DNA from: Octopus sinensis
Lineage: Eukaryota
Direction of reading: 5' to 3'
Assembly: GCF_006345805.1 (NCBI RefSeq)
Contig: NC_042998.1
Coordinates: 117,056,001-117,120,000, forward strand
Length of the DNA stretch: 64,000 nucleotides
The notes under the pieces are model-generated. The model was not told the origin of the DNA and did not search any database. It was given only the letters and a program-made list of their open reading frames with translations. A program made the translations under genes and the position numbers. Of the stretch, positions 53,990-64,000 are shown piece after piece (position 1 is the stretch's first letter; each line of letters opens with the position of its first letter).

Positions 53990-55546
53990 ATAAAATTAAA
54001 TCGAAAATATCTCAACATATGTATTCTTTTAGGAATATGTCTCAGAAATATATTTGGGACCTTAAATCTATATCTATTACATATACATTAACTTGGGAGA
54101 TTATTTGTAGGGCTAAATCATATTGCATAGGGAGTAATTATTGTTCACTGTGTAATAACGAATTCAAAGAATTATTTAATAACAATTATGTGCTAGTGAA
54201 CACATTGGAGGAACGTAAAATTAAATGTAAACATAAATTAAATTACCTATATAATAGGTTTAGCTAATAAAAAACATGATTATATAAATCTACTAAGATA
54301 TATTAATTATAGTAATAATTAATTTAAATATAAAATATATATATTTTACTCACTTATTATTTAGAATTTAAATTTATAGTAAATAGTCATTTAAAATTAA
54401 ATGCTAAGATAAATTTATTTACCTATATAATATAAACTTATTTTTCAGTATGTATAAAACCTTGTTTCTTTTTATGTTACTTATTTCTTGTAGGTATAAT
54501 TTAATAGTATTAGAGTACAATTTTCAATATTATTATATGTTATATTAATATATTTGAACAATTTTAAACTTAGATATTTCTTAATACATAAATGATTATA
54601 TATAATTTTATTAAGACCTATTAGTTATGATAATATCAATTAATTTAATATTATATGTATATTTTACGTAATAATTATTTGCAACTTAATTTATAGTAAA
54701 ATGTCATTTGTTATTCTATTTTTCTTATTTTTCTTTAATTCATGAAGCTTAAATATTTTTCGTCTTTTTCATTAATAAATAGCTTTCGTCATTTTCCTTG
54801 ATAATTTTATTCTATTTGTTGACACAACGTCTTCACGAGTTTAATTTCTTATAAACGCTAAGATCTACATTTTTACGTTTAAAATTCAGTTATATTATTT
54901 TCATCGACAAGCTAAGTAAGGTTTTTTATTTATTTAACAATATTATTTAACTTTTGAATTGTATTAAGTTTGATTATTATTATTATCATTATTATTATTA
55001 TAATTATTGTTATTATTATAGTTGTTAAAATAATAATTTTATATGTGATTTCTTCATAATAATTAGTTATATGTATATCTATTTATTTGTTATGCTTTAT
55101 TATTATTTCTATAATGTGATTTAACGTATTACACATAATTTAATTTGAGAATTAGTTTTGTAAGACAATTCATTATTTAATAATTAGGTGGTATGTTTAT
55201 TACATAGTATTACATTTAAGTAAATAAGTCTTATATTAATTGATATGTTGGTCAACTATATTATTGAGTAAAATGTTAAATCTATAGATACTACACATAT
55301 ACTAATAATAAAGTTAGTTTCTCTAATATATTCTAATTAATGGTATCTTATTTTTTTAAACAAGAATATATTTAAGATATTTCGTATTTTACAAGATTAT
55401 TTATGTATATTTACTAATTTATCTAATTAATTATTTTATTATTGTTGTTATCTTTAACCAGAAGAGTGGCTATATTTATATTGATGTGATTTTACAACTA
55501 CTACTGTTATTTTTACTATTATCCTTTCTTAAATATAGCCACGAAA
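53990..55546 (+). mobile_element. PLE 3' relic (Naiad/Chlamys-like endonuclease C-terminus, AT-rich UTR, hammerhead-like end)
   Basis: KISQHMYSFRN..KYIWDLK..TWEIICRAKSY..CSLCNNE..VNTLEE..CKH at 53990-54267; 1.2-kb AT-rich tract; 13-bp stem followed by GAAAC at 55466-55547. Confidence 0.65.
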
Positions 55547-55810
55547 CAACATGGTTTCGGTTTCAGTTCAACTGTGTAACACCTTCGGCGAATGTCTTCT
55601 ATAGCCTCGGGCAGACCAAAGACTTGCGAGTGGATTTAGTACACGGAAACTTTAGAAAAGGCTGTCTGTCGTATATATACATATGTGGGGGGGGTGTCTG
55701 TCCACCTCCATGATCGCTTAACAACCGATGGTGGTGTGTTTACGTCTCCGTAACTTAGTGGTTCGGCAGAAGACACCTAGGTTTATAAAGAATAAGTCCT
55801 GGGTCCGTCA
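55547..55810 (+). mobile_element. Family B SINE, 5'-truncated
   Basis: acatggtttcggtttcag...ttctatagcctcgggcagaccaaagacttgcgagtggatt...cttagtggttcggca. Confidence 0.75.
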
Positions 55811-56512
55811 GTGATCATCCAAAAGATCCTTATAATTTAACGCGTTCACGTGAAAAGCTGTTGGGAATAGCGAACGAAAAGTGACGAAAACAAACACTAT
55901 GCAAATATGAAATATGCAGGATATAACCAAAATAACACTATTGTTCTCTAATATGGGACGAAATTATAAGCAACGCAAAAGAAAATATCCTATAGGACAA
56001 GAATCAAGAAAGGAAACGGATGGAAAACCAGAATGGAATGTGAAAAAAAAAAACGAATGGTGGGAAAAAGCATAATAAATGTAGAGAAAACGAGTAACGG
56101 TCAGACTTAAAAAGGAGTAGAAGCGATATATGAGATGGGCACGTGGTATGAAGAGAAGAAAGCATTGGTGAAGGTCAGAGAGATAGAAAGTAACTGAGAA
56201 GAACGTACAGAGAGGAAAGTAACTGAGAAGAACCAATAGAGAGCAAATTGACTGAGGAGACCCAAAGATACGAAAGTTGTGAAAGAGGGAAGAAGAGAGA
56301 GAGAAGAAGGCAAAAAAGAATGGAAAAGTGACAGAATTAGATGTCGCAAGAATAAATATTCAACTAAATGGGTAAAAAGTGAGAGTACGTAGTGTTAAAT
56401 TAAATAAGTTCCAAAATTTAAATGGAAACACAATACAGGAACTAATAGAAAGTACACACTCAAAACGGGACGCTGCTAATTCTTCGTCAGTTATCATATA
56501 CGGATAAAATAT

Positions 56513-56880
56513 ATGCGTGGCGTAACTGTGTGGTAAAAACTTGCTTCTGAAATACATGGTTGCAGGTTAAGTCCTACCGCGTGGTACATTTGGAACGTGA
56601 TTTCTACTATAACCTTGGGCCTACCAAAGTCTTGTAGAGGGTTTGTTAGATGTAAAACTGAAAGACCGTCGCATATGTGTGTTTGTGAGTCTGTGTGATT
56701 GTGATCCTATGTTTGTTACCCAATCATTGCTTACAACCGATGTTGGCGTGCTTACGCTCCCATAACTTAGCGGTTCGGTAAAAGAGACCAATAGAATAAG
56801 TACTAAGCTTACAAAGAGTAAGTTCCGGTGTCTTCATCATAGCCACAACCAAATGACTGAAACAAGTAAAAGAATAAGAG
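56513..56880 (+). mobile_element. Family B SINE, full length
   Basis: gcgtggcgtaactgtgtggtaa head to atgactgaaacaagtaaaagaataa tail. Confidence 0.78.
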
Positions 56881-56901
56881 AATATATAGATAGATACATA
56901 T

Positions 56902-58044
56902 TGTTACGGTTTGGCTAAGTGCAGTTCTTGGTGACCCACTTTGGAATGATGGTGCCGGCAGGTCTGGAAGAAAAGAGACAGCCCTTTGTTTACTGGGAGA
57001 ATAATGAGTTTTGGATGGACCTTTCTGGCCTTGTGCGGTCGATTAGAGGTCATTCTAAACACCCCTTGATGTGAGGAAGAAAAGTAGTGAGAGAGATAGA
57101 GTATAAGGCTAAGGGAGATTGAGGATAGAGATAGGCAGTAAGGGCAGAGAGCAGATAGGGAAGAATTAGCAGTGAGAGAGAGGATGAGGGGGCAAAGAAG
57201 GACAGGCAGAGAGTATGGCAGAGCTGTCATGAGAGGGTATGAGCAGTAGAGACACGGGGAGATGAGGGCAGTGGGAAGGAGAGAGAGGAAGTGAGGTTTT
57301 GGCAGTCTGTGGTCGGTCGTCGAAGGACACAGTCGGATTCTGGAAGTCGGCAGGGAGTTAGAATTTTAGGAGCAAGTTGGGATGCGAGAGCTTGGCGGCA
57401 CAGGAGGGAATATGTACGGAGGAATTAGCGGTATGGAGAGATGAGGTGCAATATTGGGACACTGGCGATTCAATTAGGAATTAAGGTATTTAATTGTATT
57501 GATACGTGTTACGATGTAAAAGAAAAGAAAGAAAAAAAGAAGAGAGAAAAAGAAGGACTCTGTCGATGTAGTTGATAAAGAACATTGTGAATTGAGTAGA
57601 GGACTTGTTGATGTGACGTTATCTGTGATATATTTTGCAAAAGAACTGTGTCTTCGGACGTATACCTTTTAAATGCTGTATATGACTTGTTGTGTCGTTA
57701 CTGAACACTGTTATATTGTTACATGCATGTTTAAATGCTTTGATCTGTGGTATACTCGTATGATGTATTGATTTGTTGTTTCCCTTAAATGCTTTGATGT
57801 ATCTTGATGTTGTAACAATTGATTGTCATATAAACTGTTGTTAAATGTAAGCCAGTGTTGCCGTTTTGCCTTGCCTCTTTTGGTGTCTCTCCCGGTTGTG
57901 CCTCTGTGTCTCTGTTGCCTTGCTGCGGTTGTGTCTCTCTCTCTCTCTCCTCTCTCCGACGAGTTTCCGTGGCGGGAATATTCGCTGATCGGGTCGGGCC
58001 TGTCTGAGGGATTCCGTACAGTTTTCGGAGGTCCCCTCGTAACA
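56902..58044 (-). mobile_element. Solo LTR (probably Gypsy-type), 1143 bp
   Basis: TGTTACG...CGTAACA inverted termini with a 4-bp ATAT TSD; no internal coding domain; strand tentative. Confidence 0.72.
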
Positions 58045-58094
58045 ATATATATATATACAAATATATATATATGTATGTATGTGTGTAGCCACTA

Positions 58095-58240
58095 CACACA
58101 TTCTTTTCTCTCCTTGTTTTTTCTGTAGGAAAACGTAGACTCGAAACGTAAAAGACTTCTCAATTTCTGAGCGTTATACTAATACATCAGTTTGTTTTGT
58201 AAACCACCTGTCCTCGTCCCTAGTTTTTCACGTGAACTCC

Positions 58241-58245
<5 letters not shown>
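58095..58245 (+). mobile_element. PLE pLTR fragment (copy of 18320-18497)
   Basis: ttctgtag..cgtagactcgaaacgtaaaagact...ttatactaatacatc...ccacctgtc...cgtgaactcccc. Confidence 0.7.
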
Positions 58246-58308
<63 letters not shown>

Positions 58309-58315
58309 CATATAT

Positions 58316-58364
<49 letters not shown>

Positions 58365-58365
58365 C

Positions 58366-58428
<63 letters not shown>

Positions 58429-58475
58429 CAGACAGACATACACACACACACACAGACAGACAGACAGACAAACAT

Positions 58476-58548
<73 letters not shown>

Positions 58549-58567
58549 AGACTAGATAGATAGATAA
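58245..58567. repeat. (TA)n and (TAGA)n microsatellites
   Basis: Seen directly. Confidence 0.95.
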
Positions 58568-58660
58568 GTTTAGTAAAATTTAGATACAGTTGAATATGGT
58601 ACTTAAGTTAATAGCACCAGAATTTAGTATAGTATTATCCATAAAAATCAAAATGGGGTG

Positions 58661-59046
58661 ATTACAATCAAAATAAGCAACAAGGATATCAAGAGGTAAT
58701 GTAGTGCGATCATTTCATGCGACTCCATTTAATTGAACAATGCAAATATTACATCAATTTTAAAATGTAGAACAATCTTCAGCTGCATAAAATATAGAAT
58801 TTCGTTAAATTCGAAGGATTCATTTGTATAGTTTTTCTACTAACCAAAATCACAAAGAGGATAAATAGATAGACAAAGAACATGTTCCATCAACAACATC
58901 GATGTTGTTGATGAAACAATACAACTGAAAATTGCTCTACATTTTAAAATTGATGTAATATTTACATTGTTCAATCAAATGAGGTCGCATGAAACGATCG
59001 TACTGCATTACCTCTGGATATCCTTGTTGCTTATTTTGATTGGAAT
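58661..59046. repeat. Inverted repeat (~125-bp arms) with an internal 26-bp perfect palindrome
   Basis: 58661-58787 versus 58919-59046; catcaacaacatcgatgttgttgatg at 58888-58913. Confidence 0.85.
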
Positions 59047-59070
59047 ATATATATATATAGAGATAGATAT

Positions 59071-59131
<61 letters not shown>

Positions 59132-59210
59132 CAGATAGATAGATAGATAGACAGATCGACTGATTCGTGAAAATATTATCCGTCTAAACATTGAATATAT
59201 TTGTTAATAT

Positions 59211-59265
<55 letters not shown>

Positions 59266-59399
59266 TATATATAAGCCGCGCTATATACATGAATTATGAA
59301 CACATAGATTCATTGCATATCTTAAATATTTTACATATTATATACATACGAATATATATACATACATATATAAATACGAATATATATATATAAATACGA

Positions 59400-59431
<32 letters not shown>

Positions 59432-61898
59432 ATGTGTATATGTATTTGTGATTACATGTGTGTGTCTTGGCATGTGCAATTTCAAATATAAACTTATTTA
59501 CCCAGTTATCTCTTATAATATATTTATTATTTAATACTTCGGTTGTTTTGCTAGATGCATTTCGTTTTATTTATCATGTCATTCATTATTTATCATGTCA
59601 TTATACGTTATGAATTCTTTGTTTCAAATATATTTCTTTTCCAAATTTTGAGTTTGTAGGAGTAATTTGGCCGTTGTGATGAAAAAATTCAAGAGTCCTA
59701 TGCTAATATTCATATTTTATTTATGATTTTCCCAATATTCTGAATATTGAGCTGACATATTTATAGCTCAATTCTATATAATATTCTATATCTTGAGAGA
59801 TTTGTTTAAAACTTACGATCTTCGTTGTTACGTTCAGCAAAATTTCAAAATACCGTGCTGGTAGCAATAAGTATTTATAATTAGACAGTCTGTTTTTTTT
59901 TTACTACTGGTGATTTGTACGGTATACATGAGACAACAGTCTGTCAAGCGCTAGAGTTCCTTCAGACTTTAATTTTCATATGTGGAGATATATGTAATAT
60001 CCCTTTAAGTATATTTAAATGCTTTACTGCACAATGTTGGACACCGGAAAAGGGAGCGATGAAGAAAACGAGAATGTTAAAAAATAGTAGTTACGTTTTA
60101 AACCAAAAATAACAAAAGCTGTCCTCAGTATGAGTTGCAAATCTGCCCACAAATGCCGGAACGCAGATCGCAGAACGTAAATCGCTGTAAATTCAATATT
60201 CGGTTATTAGTAGCATATTAGACCCCTCCATTGTCTGCGCTAAGCAGGACTTTCATAATGATAATGAATTATATTTACATTATGACTATGATTACAGCAG
60301 ACTTAAATTGTCTGGTTAATCTATATGAATTCTTTATTCAGAAGACACCCTGCATATTTTCCAATATTAGACTATACATGTGTCTGTGTGTTTGCGAATG
60401 CATGAATACTTATGAAGTTGTGTATATGCATGTAATTGAATATTCAGTAATTTAAAATATATTCAATTGACTATTCTCTAAGTAATTATATAAATGTTGT
60501 TTACCCATTTATGTTGCTCGTAAATTGGGAAATAATTATCCAATGTAGAATTTGTGATAGCTTTGAAAAATGGAGAATTTCAATATCATTGTTGATTTTC
60601 CTGAAAATATTGAAACAATAAGTTACCATATAAGCCTATTAGTTATTGTATATTGTGTATGAAACGTTCCTAAAATAAATTCACGCAAACATTTTGTTAT
60701 TAATATGGTAAGCGAATGTTACATCATATAAAGTTATAGAATGAGTAAAATGACGATTGCTCCCCCTGATAAATATAGAAGCCAGCTCGAAATGAGTTTT
60801 GCAATGTCTTGTAAAACAGAAGGATACCTAAGCTGGTACTTTTCTAGGATACAGTCGATCTAACGAACAAAAAGATTATGACTGAAACGCCTTTGGTCAT
60901 AGGGCTGCTTATTTAATTTTGCAGTAAGGCTAACGGATAAGAAATCCCAATGCGATTATACATAGCAGATATTTTGTTAACTTTTCTTTATAGGCTACTA
61001 CGCTGCAGTTTCCATAAGATAATTATTTTTCGCAGTAAATAAGAACCATAATACGTTGCAAAATACTTGGTCAGAGAAGCAAGTGAAACTGCAACTAGTT
61101 TTCATATGTATTAAACATCAATGATTTACTCACATATTGAATAGATATCACGATCAATTTTAATGCTAAAGGATTGTAATGCTCAACATGAAAAATGTGC
61201 ATTCAAAACCTTTTACTAGATTAATGCCTCTATGCATTAAAAAATTACAAAAATCATCAGCTTAGGACAGGAAAGATATTGAAGTTGAAAGCGAAAATCT
61301 CATAGAGGAAAAAGAAGGCATGACAACTATGGAACGTTTGATCTATTTCGTGAATAGCTTCATTTTAATGAGGGATGCACATTGTCAAATAGAGGGCTTT
61401 GGGGAAAAAACAAAGCTTGAAAGCTGCGTTCTTTTTGAAGCTTGAACACCATGTAATTTTTTTTCCTTTCTAAACGTTGTATGTACTGCATTTCAATTTC
61501 ATGTTTGTCAAATACAAAAGCACACCTATGAACTTTAAAGTGCAGTAAAAAACCATTGAGATATCAAGCAAACTTATTTAGGTTTTCCGATCATTCATGT
61601 GGAAAATGTCTTTTCGGATTCTTGTCTCAGAAACAAGAGAATAACTTGTCAACAGTCATCGTATCTTCATTGCCTTTTTCTATTCTATGGTTTGTACATT
61701 ACGAATTTGTGTGCTGTAACAGTAATAAGGGCAAAACGACACACAGAGGACTATACATATGGACAAATGCGCATACATATATGTACCTTTGTGTGAGTGT
61801 ATGTATTGTAAAATATTATAGATATGTGTATTCAAATGCATATTTGTATTCATTTAATATTCTGATTGTCCCTCTCTCTCAACCCATACGCATACATA

Positions 61899-61955
<57 letters not shown>

Positions 61956-62003
61956 AATGTATGTAGGTATGAATCTAGATTATGTATATATATATATGTA
62001 TAC

Positions 62004-62061
<58 letters not shown>

Positions 62062-62154
62062 TGTGGTACATAAATAGATGCATACATACATATAGATATG
62101 TATATGTATATATTATATATTATATATATATATATATATCTAAATCCATACACA

Positions 62155-62244
<90 letters not shown>

Positions 62245-62894
62245 ATGCATATATGTATATACATATCAGTATCTATAAAGCTAAAATGCGAAAAAGTTGT
62301 TTGTCTCAGTTTGAGATGGGAACAGTTTAAGGGGCGGGAAATGGGGTCAGATTGGCGCCAAATTTTACAGGGACATATACAAAGAGGCGAGGAAGCGACT
62401 GGACTATGCTAGAAAATCTGTGGTTACTAGGGCAACAAAACCCAGACGTTGACAAGTGTTTGTTGTTTTTTTCTCTCTTTCAGATATCCCCCTGTCTTCC
62501 TCGATCTCTCTCTTTCCTTCCTTCCCTCCAAATTCTCTGTATAACGACGTTTGACACCTTCCACTCTCATTCCCTCTCTGCCTTCACCGGCTCTCTGTCA
62601 CTCTTTCTCCCACCACTTCTCTCACTGTACGTCTGTCTGTATCTATAGAGAGAAAGCGTTGACAGCCCAAAAGTTTAAATATTCCCGCCACAGGTCTTTA
62701 AGAACTGTGAATTATTATCACCCGCCACAACGCACAATCGTAACAGATATTATTAATCAGATATAATGTGTTAATGTATATATATATATGTGTGTGTATG
62801 TGTGCGTGTATGTGTGTGTATGTGTGTGTGTGTGTATGAATATATGTATAATGTGTATACATATCTATATATGTATATATTTGATTTTGATTTT

Positions 62895-64000
62895 GATTTT
62901 TCCAGTTTCAGCTTATGAGCTGTGGCCATGCTGGGGCACCGCCATTTGGTGTTGCTACTTGGTTTCACTTCATGAAGGCTTTCTAGCAGCTGCTATTTGG
63001 TGCATGAGAGAGTTCGATGCAGCTGCCCTCATCTGCCCCTCCTGCCGTGAAGTTGGTTCATCTGGGACACCTGACAGGAAGAGATCCAGCTTCATTTTAA
63101 AGACATCTGTATCCACCCCATGCAGGTCTCTCAGGTTCTTCGGGAGGATATTGAAGAGCTGTGGGCCTCGGAAGCCCAGGCTATCACAGAATCTTGTCCT
63201 ACATCTTGATGGCAAGTTTGGAGTCCTAGGCACCACGCAGTGGCGCCCAGTTCTGGCATTTGCGTAACTCTCGATGCCAAAGTTCAGGACACTTCCCTCC
63301 AGGATCTTCCAGATGTATATTATGGCATATCTTTTCCGCCTACGCTCCAGGGAATATAATTTTAATTTCCTGAGTCTTTCCCAGTAGCTTACATTCTGCA
63401 TAGAGGCTATCTTCTTCGTGTAGATACGTTGGATCGTCTCGAGCTCTGTGATCAACTTGACACTGGATGGTGACCATAACTGAGAGCAGTAGTCAAAGTG
63501 GCTTAGGACAAGTGTCCTCCAGAGGACCATCATGGTTTCTTGTTCTCTTGTTCTAAAGGTTCTGAGGATCCATCCGGCCAGTCGTCTACATTTCATTGCC
63601 AATTTAGCAACATGTACACGAAAGGTCGAGTCATCACTCATGTAAATACCCAGGTCACGCACTGATTGTGCCTCTGGGATTGCTATTCCTCCGGGTCCAG
63701 TGTATTCATTGGGTATTGCATTTAGTTTTGCATGCTGATACTATAGAGCTTGAAACTTTTCAGCATTGAACTGCATGCTATTCTTTTCGGCCCACTTGTA
63801 TATTTTGTCTAGCTCACATTGCAGGTGTTTAGTGTCCTCAGGGTTCTGTATTGCCTGTGAAACTTTTGTATCATCTGCATAACTTGTGATCGTGGCTCTC
63901 TGCGTGGCTGAGGGCATGTCTGAGAGGGCCATTATGAACAGTAGTGGTCCCAGAACAGTGCCCTGCGGAACACCGCTCATTATTTGCGTGTTAATGGAAG
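62895..64000 (-). mobile_element. CR1/L2-group LINE, 3' portion (continues beyond the window)
   Basis: SGVPQGTVLGPLLF, SYADDTK, MQFNAEKF, RDLGI, SHFDYCSQLWSP, SYWERLRKLKLYSLERRR; one internal stop near 63741; (ATCAAA)n tail on the minus strand. Confidence 0.93.

Noticed and set aside
62788-63267. 159-aa plus-strand ORF
   Set aside because: Microsatellite plus antisense of the LINE ORF2.

Overview
This is AT-rich eukaryotic DNA, intergenic or intronic, saturated with microsatellites. The SINE families and the density of (TA)n/(TAA)n/(TAGA)n repeats suggest an octopus or other cephalopod genome (inference). I found no convincing host protein-coding gene; most ORF-track entries are translated microsatellites. 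The window is mostly transposon relics. Retroelements: a near full-length Penelope-like element (PLE; RT + GIY-YIG) and several PLE fragments, two R4/Dong-type LINE relics, RTE and CR1-type LINE relics, a solo LTR, and at least three tRNA-derived SINE families. DNA transposons: a near-intact IR/DR Tc1 element (DD34E), two mariner relics plus a MITE, a Buster-type hAT relic and a Helitron 5' relic. The most noteworthy items are four: (1) a 2.1-kb ORF1-only (HAL1-like) retroelement inserted with a 16-bp TSD into the tRNA head of a SINE; (2) several PLE-linked hammerhead-ribozyme motifs, two with a compensatory U3-A8 core; (3) a 779-bp structured tandem unit that resembles a retrozyme or pLTR array; (4) a ~340-bp inverted copy of host flank outside the Tc1 TIRs. 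All calls were made by eye, and boundaries of degenerate relics are approximate.
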